NCBI RefSeq assembly: GCF_008831285.2 | Contig: NC_045138.2 | Location: forward strand, 30,566,001-30,630,000 | DNA length: 64,000 bases | Direction: 5' to 3' | Source of the DNA: Nymphaea colorata | Taxonomy: Eukaryota | In this document: positions 53,101-64,000 of the stretch, in pieces | How the letters are laid out: every line of letters begins with the position of its first letter | How positions within the stretch are numbered: the stretch's first letter is position 1 | Made by a program: the position numbers and the translations under genes | The notes under the pieces: generated by a model | Database searches by the model: none | Told to the model about the DNA's origin: nothing | The model's input: only the letters and a program-made list of their open reading frames with translations

Positions 53101-56015
53101 GAGAATTCTTGCTTTGGACCCTTGTGAAAAGCTCAACCATGTGAGAAGGCATTAATTAACAATTTGATATCACCAAGCTGAAGCATGTGTCTCTCTCCAG
53201 TGAGACAACACGCGGATTCTGAATCGTTTCCCAATTTTTTCCTCCATGTGTGCCCACAATTCATTTTTTATAATTTTTTTGGGGACAGTTTTTTCTTTTT
53301 CAGGAAAAGAGGACACCCAAGATGTCAAAAGTTGAAAAAAAGGAGTTTTTCAAAATACCAATTATTAACTCATGATCCTTGTTAAAAGCCCAATTTAAAG
53401 TGGGTTTTAACGCTTTTAAGGGAGACCCAATATGTGTCTTTAAGAATGGCAGCTTAGTGTTTGATTAAGATGATAATATAACTTAAAAACTCTTAGTTTG
53501 TTTGCACATGTAGACGTAGAGACCATTGTCTTGGTAAAGCTCAGTAGCTCTCTTGATTAGGCCATAAATGTCGCATAATATATATATATATATAAATTAA
53601 TGGCCTCGGAATGAGGGTCCAGGCTAAGCTGCAGCTTGGCAAATTGATAAAAAATGTCTGCATTAAATTAGGGCTGCCTTCTGATTGCTTACAAGCAACT
53701 TTCTGATTAAGAGAGAGAGAGAGAGAGAGGGAGAGGGAGAGGGAGGTTGGCCAGCCTAGTTATTCGAGCAAATTCCATTTGGGGTTCTAACTCGTGACTC
53801 AGCAAGTTTGCTCGAATAAATTTAATCGAGTCTTTTCTTATAATATTTTGCAATTGAAATATAAAATATAAAAAGAATACTGTCTATAGCTTAATCATCA
53901 TCACCATAAATGCGCTCCTTATAGTTTGTGTATATTTTTTTTGTTCATTATGTATTGAAAGCGTGATTTGCTTTTGTTACTGTTGATTCATGCACTTTTG
54001 TTTGTATGTGCATATAAAATTATGGGTTCACATCTTTATAGGCAAAAGATATCGTCTGCATTCAATTGTTTTCTTTTTCTACTGTAAAATATGAAGTTGA
54101 AACATAGCTTCCATCGAAGGAGGGAACTGAATGAAAGTAAGAATTGAGGGATGTAATGGCATTGATTTGGATCACCCAAAATGCATGAACTGTCAAATTT
54201 TAATGGAATTTGATGTAAAACTGGACTGCATCCCAATTCATTCATGATTTTGATGCAGCAAAAATCTACACTAAGATTCATAGTTTATCAAAGAATCTTA
54301 AGTTAAACCTGAGATTCACACTTGGGATTCTTATTTTTCCTTTTTATACTAGCAGGAACATCGATTGAGGATTATCAAGAGGAAGGTCCCCAAAATCTAG
54401 CAAAAACCAGTTGAAGTATAATCAGACGCTCCCCAAGTGACCAATAGTCCTTATGATCAGCCATGACTGAAACATGGATTTGAAAATGAATTTTTTCTGA
54501 CTGACTGGTGCATTTGATGCTCGACTCAGACCGGGTCATCAAGTTGCTGAGTCAACTCTCCGGGCTTGCCAACTGAGAGAGAGAGAGAGAGAGGAATCAG
54601 GCTGGCAACGCGTATTCTACAGCAAAGCATGTCTAACACAGTGGGATTATCAGAGTAACACTGACAAGATCCCATTAACAGTTAATTTGATAATGATGGC
54701 AGAAGCAAAACTTGGCAGAGTACCAAAGTTTAAAGAAAGGAAAAGAAAATCTTGTACAATCATGTACATATCATAGCTGGCCAAGGGGGAGGATTGATCA
54801 GGAAGAGAGAGAGAGAGAGAGCAATTGGAATAAACAGAGATCAGCCATTGATTCTCTTGCAGGACAGGACAGTGTGCTGAGCCATGTTGCTCCTCGATCT
54901 TATGGCACACCGACCGCGCGGCACTAATCGAGGTTAGACAGCGCAATTAAGCAACAAACTAAGCAACATTGTGAGCCAAGTTTGAATTAAGTAATCAGTT
55001 TTGGTGATAACAAGGCACAATCACAACTTAGATTATGGATCTTGGGATGAAGTTTTGAGTTCCTCTTCATGTGGGCTTTGGCTCTTTAGCTCATGAAGGG
55101 TACAGCCTTGTGAGCTGGTGCTCCTTGATGCATTAAAAAAATGTCATAATCTATGGATAAGCACAAAAGTACCACCTAACTTTACATTGAAGTATGGGAT
55201 GAAAATTTGGAGACTTGGGTCTTTTTCTCTTCTTGGGAATTGACAAGAAATTAAAAAAATTTTTGAGCAAGAATTTTGAGGTGTTGGGTCGCTTTTATAG
55301 AGAAGGACAAAGAAAGAGGCTGTGGCCCAGACAAGGAAAAATTTGATGCTTCCTCTTGGTCCCAGATTTGAGATCTTTCTGCTTCATGAGTGTGAGCTAT
55401 CATCTGTCTCAAAGCACCATGGAAACTAGGAACCTTCTGCCATAGTGACTCGAAGCTTCTCATATTCTTCTCTCATGCTTCTATATTTTTATTGCAAAAA
55501 CTTCTCGAAAAAGGGTAGAAGAGTGTGTTAGTTTAGACTAAATTTGTAGATGGGTCAGATCTGATTCGAGAATTTTGGCATTTTCTATGCTCGATCTTTA
55601 ATGTATTTAGCTGTTTCAAATTCAACCAGGTTGCGGCCGAGTTTAAACTAAGAATGTGAATATTTTTTGGATAATAAAAATTTGTTATATACATACATAT
55701 ATGCTGAACTTTGTTTGTGGACTAATAATATTGAGAGATTCATTGAAATAAAACAATAAAATGCTTTTATTTATTGTTTGTCAATTCCATAGTTCGTATC
55801 TTACTCACATTCCCATATGCCTCTTAAATGCTTCACGCTGCAAGTAGGTTTTAAATATTGTGTATTGTTTCTCACATCCACTTCTTACTTCGGCGAATGT
55901 GCTCTCTTTCTCTCTCTCTCTATTGCAATCTTTTCCGTTATTCACCTTGTCTTTCAAATCGCATTGTTTATTCACTTGGCAAATCAGACTTGGGCCCATT
56001 TGCACCTTCTCTTTC

Positions 56016-56031
56016 TTTAGCTTTGTGACAA

Positions 56032-56082
<51 letters not shown>

Positions 56083-56109
56083 CAATCTATTCAAGTTTTA
56101 GCTTTGTGA

Positions 56110-56147
<38 letters not shown>

Positions 56148-56188
56148 TATATATATATATATATAAAAGATTGCAATCTATTCAAGTT
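56016..56188. repeat. Tandem duplication of a compound (TC)n(AC)n(AT)n microsatellite unit
   Basis: tttagctttgtgacaa-(tc)n(ac)n(at)n-caatctattcaagtt occurs twice. Confidence 0.8.
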
Positions 56189-57228
56189 GTATGCTTGACC
56201 TAGAGATCAGCGAATATTTATTGGAGAGAAGGAGCCGATTTCTATGATTCTGATTGTCCCACCTTCTGAGACAAAGCAACGTTTCTCCAAGAACCACCCG
56301 CCACTTGGTGCGCCATGGCATCTCCACCGCTACCGCCGCCGCTGCCACCTCCACCACCACCACCACCACCACCACCTTTTCCTTTTTAAATTCAAAGTCC
56401 ACATCATACGCTGATCCTATATTGCAGCATGGAACGAGAAGCCAATGCTTTTTTTTTTTCTTCAGTCTATAACTGTGTTGGCTTGTTAATGGCGGCACTA
56501 ATCAAACCATCTGGGAAAAAAGGGCATGAAAAGTCAGTTTTTTTGTGTGCTGACTTCACGTCGCGTGATTTCATGTACTTTGGATAAATTTATCCAAGAC
56601 ATCAAACACCCTTTGAAGAAGAGTACTTTCCTGAAATCAAAAGCTGGAAATGGTTAAGAAGGAGGGAAGCAGGCTTCGGTTCTGTGATCTAATAATAAAA
56701 TGGTTGGTTCACATGCCTGATCCACAGCCCCAAGGAAAAGAAGTTTTTGTCTTGGCTTCTTTCCTTTGCTAGTGAAGTTTTCTAATCATTAAAGGGAGGA
56801 AGAAAGAGGCCTTTAAAGACTCCTCACCTGCGCTTTTAGTTTTATGGGAACCATGGAGTTCACAAACTAGAAAAGTTAGTCACATTCCCCAAACAGGACC
56901 AACATCCAACATCTATATATATATATATATGTATATAGTAAAGCATGAACACCAATATGTAATAATATAAAAAATTGATACTAAGATGGAATTTTGAGAA
57001 GTAAGTGGGTTTTATAATGAAGCTTCCCTTAGATGAAGCAATCCGTTTTGGGTAGACTGGGCAATGTCATTTTTGTTGAAGCAAATACTAGAAATCTCAC
57101 TAAAGAAGGCGAGCAATCGATCATGGATATGTTGTCATACACCATGTTTGAGTGTCCAATTCATCGTGTCGGATCGTGTCCACCGCGGTCTTGTTGCTCA
57201 CTTTGTGTATTGCCCTTTAGACCGACAC

Positions 57229-57461
57229 TGTTTGATAAGAAGAAAATTATGTTCTCAGAACAAAAGAAACACCTTGTTCTTGTTCTAGAGAATGTTATGC
57301 TTATGTCCAACACTTTATTATTGAATGTAAGAGCAACATCTGCATTCTCATTTGAAATTAACATGCTTGTTTCGAAACATAATTCTAAAAACATGTGTTT
57401 TAGGAACACATCGTTCTAAGAGTATATATTTTCACAAATATGATGTTCTTCTTATCAAACA
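57229..57461. mobile_element. Tourist-like MITE
   Basis: 16-bp perfect inverted ends tgtttgataagaagaa...ttcttcttatcaaaca; a related decayed sequence lies near 60750-60940. Confidence 0.65.
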
Positions 57462-58095
57462 CCTTTCAAGGTTTCAATAAGGCAACACTTTTTCCGGGGA
57501 TACAAAAGACTCGATCCCAAAGAAAAATGAGTGGTAGAATGTCATACAAATACTTTGAAATAACATTTGCATGTCCTTCTAAGTAAGTGTCTGGCTAGAG
57601 TAAGCCACTAACCATGGTTAAAATGAACAAAACGGCTGATCCGGAAGCACAAATGTCATAAAAGAGTAGGGTTAGGCATCTCGATCTTAATGATAGCATT
57701 CTGAAAAAAAAAAAAAAAATTCTGGCTCCGCCGCTGGCTCCAGTTGCAAGTAGGAGCACAAACCAGGAAGATCTCGGCGAAGAACTTTATAAGAAACTTC
57801 CCATGGATCTTGTTCCATCAGCTCCCAGTTGTCAACAATAAAGACTGGAATTTGTACATGTGAAACTACAAACACATCCATGCAGTGTAAAGGTGTTAAT
57901 GCTGAAGAATGCTTAAGAAGTGGGTCCATATTCAATTACTCAATATGGCCCATGAAAACTCAGGAGCACCTGGTCCTTGTCTCCTTAACAACATCTCACA
58001 TGCACTAAAAAAAAATGGAGTAAAGTTTTAAAAGAGAATAGAAGTGTGAAAGACACGGCTATATCTTAATTAAGGAACATCAAAAAGCTACTGTA

Positions 58096-58199
58096 TGTAC
58101 TGGTTTGATTCTTAGAAAAATTCCATACAAGATAGTATCAGTAATATTGTACTGATTTGATTCTTAGAAGAACTCCAAGCAAGATAATGTCAGTAATAG
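58096..58199. repeat. Tandem duplication, 52-bp unit x2
   Basis: tgtactg(g/a)tttgattcttagaa...caagata...tcagtaata repeated. Confidence 0.8.
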
Positions 58200-58577
58200 T
58201 GCACCCTGAATTAATTATATCAATTTTTAATGGCGATCAATAAGAAAAATAATGTTTTTGAATTATGAGGTGCGACAACATCTTTCATGCAAAATTGTAT
58301 GAGATAATTAATCCCTTCACTGCTATGATAAATTCAACTAGTAAGCAAATGAGACAATATTAGGTTCATACATGAAGAAAGTCTACTACAAAGAAGCATG
58401 CAGCTACCATGGAGATGTTGGACTAGGATTACATCTAGGATAGTACTTAAAAATTGCAAAAAAAAAAAAGACTCTCATCCTTGATCTAAACCACTTACAT
58501 TCCTAATTCTAGCTTATGATGAGGATCAAGATTTTTAGACCCATGTCATATCTTGAACTTCTGCTTGAGCTGGAATC

Positions 58578-58754
58578 CGGTAGTAGAGCCAGGAAAATTC
58601 ACGGAGGGGCACTTGTTTAAAAATGCTCAAATCTGATGGGGCACTTATATATATATAAGGATAAATATTTAAGATTCTCATTTAAAAATAAAGAACATCT
58701 AAGAGACTGGTGTGAGCAACTGCCCACACCAGTCACAATGTGGCTATGCCACTC
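58578..58754. mobile_element. Small MITE with (C)AGTGGCGGAGCCA-like ends
   Basis: cggtagtagagcca...tggctatgccactc; internal ctggtgtgagcaactgcccacaccag hairpin. A partial inverted copy lies at ~942-1060. Confidence 0.55.
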
Positions 58755-59937
58755 CCTAGATCCAGAATATTTGCATGTAGGACCTCCTACCAGGTGAAGG
58801 TTCAAGATCCAAAATTAAGGCCCCATAAATGATGCCAACTCAAAATCCACTATGCAATTATCTTGGTGAGCGTGAGACAACCCAAATCCCATTGCAGAAG
58901 GGCCGAATCCTCCCGCCCTCGAGGTCTAGGGCTGTGTTGAGCCTAGAGTAGAAATAGTGTTCGGTGAACTTGGTACCATGTTCTAGCCGATAGGTTTATG
59001 CGCATAGAGCCCATGGGAATCAAACAAACAATGTCTATCAAGCGGCTTTCTGACCAACTATGGGATCATTTCTAAGAACAAATGAGGAAAAGAAACAAAA
59101 AAACTTTTTGACCCAAATGTAGGATCACAATTTGAGCCAATCTAGAGATTAATGTCCATGTGGTTTGGGGTCTAATGCAGAAGCCATTTGCACTTATCTA
59201 TGTCAGACCCATTTGGTCCCCCAGAGATCCAGATCATGCCAATGACATAAGATCTGGACTGCTAGTTGTCAATTGGGACCAATGGATCCTGATTAGGACA
59301 ATCAAAAGTATATAAACCCATGGCTTAAGCTACCATTATGCCCCACATGTCTTGTCATTTTTGGTTAATGGAGTTTTCTAATTTCATAGAGATCACATTT
59401 ATATTGGCAGGTGGAATTGATTAAGGTCGGCAAAGCCTGGTCCAGCCGGGCGAGACGACGACTGGCGGCACCATCTTTCTTGGTTTGAGGCTCATTGGTA
59501 TGTTCTTTCGTTCGCATTTTGTTGTCAGAATCCATCAATATCTCAAATTGTCAAGCAAATTATCGGAAATAAGTATGTCTTAATTGGATGTTAAATTTTT
59601 TTCCATATCCGACCGCGGGTCAGCTGGATCCATTGAGATCCTTTGAGTCTGACTAGGTGAAAGTGAAAATGCTTCACCTAAGAACCCTAGAAAAGGGATG
59701 TCGAGATGATCAATTCAATGCCAGCCTGAAAATGTGTGAACGATGGAAAGCGTTATCTAATGGCTCAGCATGTCATTTATATGTACTTATACACACATAC
59801 ACATTTGCTTCTCTTTTCTAGTGCACAAGCATTTTCTCTTTTTATATTCAAATAATCAGATTATCGAGACACACATGCACATTCTCTCTCTGTCTGTGTG
59901 TGTGTGTGTGAGTGAATGAAGACTCAAGTTATCTGAC

Positions 59938-60098
59938 GTCACTTAGTTCTTTAACTAAGCCGTCCATTTAAAATAGATGAATGGTTGAAAGAAAAATAAG
60001 AAAAAAAATGTGCAAACTAATATTAAATGTTCATTACATTTTTCTCTTAACCATTCATCATGTTCGATTGGATGGTAGAGATTAGATAGCTGGGTGAC
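59938..60098. mobile_element. Fold-back MITE with ~60-bp imperfect inverted arms
   Basis: gtcacttag...gatgaatggttgaaagaaaaat pairs with atttttctcttaaccattcatc...ctgggtgac. Confidence 0.65.
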
Positions 60099-61581
60099 TC
60101 TAAAAAGCTAAAGTCACCATTCAATTTTTCATATATATGTAAAACCTTTGCCAATATGCTTTAAATTCATGCCATTCAAAGTTGCAAGTGCTTTGGTCAC
60201 TTTGAATCATTTTGTAGTCGTTTTTTTTTAACATTTACATAAGGGGAAAGAAAGAGAGTGAACTATATATATATATATATATATATATACACTGAACCAT
60301 GACTCCAACATTTATTTGTAGAATGGAAAACTGATGAGAGGTGTTCGATCTTGGCTAGGTGCATTCAATTCTTTTATATATATATATATATATACACACA
60401 CACAAAATATCAAGAGAGAGATATTTGACACATGGGCAACTATTTGTTGGTCCTCATGTTTTGTTTGTTGGGAAGATTCCTTCCTCCAATTTCCAAAGTT
60501 CTTAATTTTGGAGCCATGTGCTTCTTACATGTGTGTGTGTGTCTCTCTCTAACACAAAGCGACATTCACTAAACCATGCCCAGTACTGGGTTTTCTTTTG
60601 TTCTCCGCTTTTTGAGAAAAAGAGTGTGTGTATGTGTATGTATATGTATGTGCGATGCACAAAACAGGTGCAAGTTGGTTGGGCCGAACGCATGTTTAGC
60701 CCTGACCTTGGCATGACATGTGTCTCTAAGTGAATTGTAGCATTATTCGGACAAATCTTTTTAAAATATATATTTTAAAAATTTCAAAAACACCACATTC
60801 TTGGTTCAGAAAACTGCAATGTTCTTATGTTTTGATTGTTAAATCTAAACATCTATAATTATATTAGGTTTCTTGCAACAGTAACATGTGAATCACGTGT
60901 TTTAGAAAAAAAAAACATAATTTTGTCTTCTTCAAGATTATAAGAGGTGAAGAAGAGTTTGATATGTCACGTGCCTTTTTTTTTGGGAAATATTTTTATT
61001 TCAATGTGAGGGCACACGTGTCCATTTCTTTTATTTTTATTTATTTATTTATTTTTTAATTTGAAAAATACGAAAAAGATCTTTACTTTCTGGCATTCGT
61101 CGCCCTTAATTTCTTTCACTGAAATATCAAGGATGCATTATATCTACAAATGTTAGATGTTAATTCGAAACTTTATAGATTACAAGGCTTTGTCTGCTTC
61201 AAATAGGGACAAAATGTGAAATCTCCATTATGGGATCACAATTTTGTCATAATCTCATACATAAGCTTCGTGTATTTAATTTTTTTTTTCATTGACTTCA
61301 ACTTTTGTGATAGTAGAACAGTTAAAATAACTGACTGCCGTTAAAATAAGTGCCTTGAACTTTTGTTAAAATAGCCTTTAAAATGAAAGAAACGACGGAA
61401 CTCTTTTTTTATTTGTAAAAAAGTGAAATAATGAATATACGCAAGTTGCAACGAAAGACTTGATTTAAGTTGTGGTAATCATTTTTTTGGCAATCACAAG
61501 AGGAAAATAAAAAGCATAGGCATGTATTGAAAATTAAAGCTAAAATCAAGGGGTTTTAAGTAACTTTTTTTTTTGTTGAAG

Positions 61582-62072
61582 TAGGGATATCAATGGATTA
61601 GATTAAGATTGAATATCCAGCCAAACTGATAAAAGAGTCAGACATAAATAACATATAACTTAAAAAAAGAAAGGAACATATGACCGGATTCAGATTCAAA
61701 ATTGGTTCTAGTGATCAGATTCGATTTGAATTCAGATTTACTTTCAAATAAATTTTCCATATACGATATGCACACATTTTGAAAATTAGTTCTTAATATG
61801 TAATATGTAAGATTAAGTTGTAATCTAAAAGTCGGTTTTGGATTTAGATGTAAACATAAAAGTTGGGATTTGGTCAAATTTAGGTTGTAAATTTAAAAAT
61901 CAGGTTCAGATAATAAAAAAAAAATTCTTCTTTCATATCTCGGTTGTGTATCTAAAGTTGGTTTTGGATTTAGATGTAAACATAAACAAAAAAAATTGGA
62001 TTGTGAATTTAAATATGAATATTAGAAAGTCATCAGACAATACAAATACAATCGAATCTATTGATATCTCTA
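61582..62072. mobile_element. MITE with TAGGGATATCAATGGAT-type ends and GGAT(T/C) subterminal repeats
   Basis: tagggatatcaatggat...atctattgatatctcta inverted ends; no clear TSD. Confidence 0.65.
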
Positions 62073-62820
62073 TCCATTCACAGGAAGTCCATAGATGGGT
62101 TTCTTGGTGATCTAAGCAGCAATGAAGCGCCACTAAAACATGGAAGTGCTGTGTTCGGAAACTCTTATTTAATAAAATAATGAGCAAGCGGCAAGGAATT
62201 AAAAAAAGTCACGGAATGCATTTGGCGGCGGAGCAATCAAGCGCCACCCAAAATTTTAGGGACTTGACAAAAAACTGGCCGATTTTAGATCTCAATAATA
62301 AATATAAAATATAATTGGTGCCTGAAAGTATGCACTTGCTGTCGATTTTCGATTCCTCAGGCCCGGAAAACTCTGAACCCATTCATGGAAGCTGGTCCTT
62401 TCGTGGCTTATAATTAGCAAAAAAAAAGAAAAGAAAAATTGTCAATTTCATCGGCATGTTCCAGAACGGAAAGTACCAAAAGATTTATAATTATATAATC
62501 GAAGGCTCTTCGCAAAATCTCGAACTTTATGTCCCTTTGAAAATGAAGGAATGCAATCCTGCATCTAAATGTTTTTGTTAAATCAATGGCGATGAGAAGG
62601 GAAGAGCAGAAAGCTGGGGGCTTCCTTTCCTCACTATGGGAAACACAGTTTTATTGTTACTGTACCGACGACAGTACGGTGCTGACGACAAGTCCCCACC
62701 ATGCACACAAGAGAGAGTAAATGGAGGGGACGCCTCCATTAGCTGGTTCGCCCAGTGAAGCTCTCGCTTTTGAAGCAACTGTTGCTGCAAATTTTTGGTC
62801 CCACCGGCAAGCAATGAACC

Positions 62821-62821
<1 letters not shown>

Positions 62822-62871
<50 letters not shown>

Positions 62872-63012
62872 CTCATCTATCAGCAGACGTCGACATGATG
62901 AACAGTGCCAACTGTCTGTCTTTTCTCATCTTTTCTCCGTTTCTTCCTTTTTCGGGTTTTTTTGTTTGTTTAGGTTTTCTTGCAGCAGGAGGAAGGAGGA
63001 AGCAGCAGCCGC

Positions 63013-63047
<35 letters not shown>
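62822..63047. repeat. Two (GA)n microsatellites (62822-62869 and ~63015-63047)
   Basis: Seen directly. Confidence 0.9.
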
Positions 63048-63050
<3 letters not shown>

Positions 63051-63123
63051 GGAGGAAGAGGCCAACTTGACAAGCAATCTTCTGATGGGTTCTGATATTC
63101 TTGTTGTTGACTGGAAATGCAAG

Positions 63124-63323
63124 TCATGATGATGATGATGGTGATGATCTGCCATTGTTGATGGAGGGGCTGAGCCTGAGCTTCAAGTGGTACAGTGGCA
63201 GGGGCCTGGCGAACACAGGAATCAGATGAACACGTCTCTCTTCCTCTTGGATTGCTTCTGCCGTGTTCTCACCAGCAACCGCGTAGTAGCTAGCCAGGAA
63301 ACATGCAAGTTGCCTGCATGCAC
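63124..63323 (-). CDS. Probable last coding exon of an unidentified minus-strand gene continuing beyond the window
   Basis: GC-richer coding-like block after the acceptor gtgtgtag|. Frame reads (G)ACRQLACFLASYYAVAGENTAEAIQEEERRVHLIPVFARPLPLYHLKLRL...SSSS*, followed by CT-repeat-rich UTR-like sequence. Frame and product unconfirmed. Confidence 0.4.
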
Positions 63324-64000
63324 CTACACACACATATGCAATTATAATAATAATAATAAATAATATGATAGAACATGTGTATTCACAAACACAGATTTTT
63401 TTTTGAAAATCAGGTCAAATTAAAGTTTCTAAATTTTGATTAGAGCTGAAATATTATTTTTTAAAATTTTTATATAAAATAAGTGAAATTATTTAAAATT
63501 TACATATAATTTACAAAAAAAACTTTTTTTGAGGTGGAGCTATGGCCCAAGCGGGCCCTACCTTGGCTTTGCTCCTGTGTGTACCCAATTATTGGGTTTG
63601 GCCGGATGAATCCTCCGGCCTCTTAGAGCACTAGCTTCAACGGGATGAGAGAGGATCAAGGAAACCACATTTTTCCTAATTAGAGAGAGTTGGTGAAGCA
63701 AGTTGAACATTCCAATTCATTGTTGGATTTAAATTTTGGGAAAGGGATAAGAGTTTGGTTATCTATTTAGTTCACAGATATGCATGAGATTTAGTAGGAT
63801 CAATTTTCTAAGTGGGTCAAACAGGTTACTGATTAAGATTATATAGAAACCAAACCTGAATCAAACGCAAGTTGGATGGAGTTAGTTAAGATTAAATAGA
63901 AATCAAACCTAGGAATTGATCAATTTAAAAAAATGGAAAGGAAACAACTTGTACAGCTCTAAAATTTCAATATTGATCTAAAATTTATGAACATGTCAAT

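Noticed and set aside
54810..54935. Short inverted repeats (cctcgat...atcgagg) next to GA repeats, considered as a miRNA precursor
   Set aside because: Stems are too short and irregular, and there is no match to conserved plant miRNAs that I recognise.
56178..56498. Overlapping ORFs with poly-Val/Thr/Pro/Gly, including MASPPLPPPLPPPPPPPPPPPFPF* (56315-56389)
   Set aside because: Explained by a (CCA)n/(CCG)n microsatellite; no signal peptide or known small-peptide motif.
59425..59446. aagcctggtcc, a partial complement of miR165/166
   Set aside because: Only ~11 nt match, with no hairpin and no HD-ZIP III context.

Overview
This is eukaryotic (angiosperm) nuclear DNA: AT-rich, intron-rich and dense in microsatellites and MITEs, so most entries in the ORF track are spurious or single exons. 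I assembled four intact genes by hand from splice sites. (1) An acyl-protein thioesterase/lysophospholipase-like alpha/beta hydrolase (+, 7044-12453, 9 coding exons, ~255 aa). (2) DNA polymerase alpha catalytic subunit (-, 32237-15045, 32 exons, ~1545 aa, one GC-AG intron, E2F site and TATA box upstream). (3) A P-class PPR gene (+, CDS ~39795-41474) with a long intron-containing 5' leader starting near 34.3 kb, head-to-head with POLA1. (4) A Ran GTPase (+, 43824-50197, 8 exons, 221 aa). Also present: a proline-rich, probably broken gene at ~2.6-3.2 kb, a probable terminal exon of an unidentified minus-strand gene at ~63.1-63.3 kb, several MITE families, tandem duplications and SSRs. The most notable unexplained structure is a decayed, intron-containing partial copy of Ran (start codon, intron 1, exon 2, intron 2, exon 3) inside the PPR 5'-leader intron. 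It keeps its splice dinucleotides and has a MITE inserted. The same predicted leader carries a spliced uORF that is in frame with the PPR ORF apart from one UGA. I found no rRNA, tRNA, CRISPR array or recognisable conserved miRNA, and no convincing evidence of a wholly new biological system.
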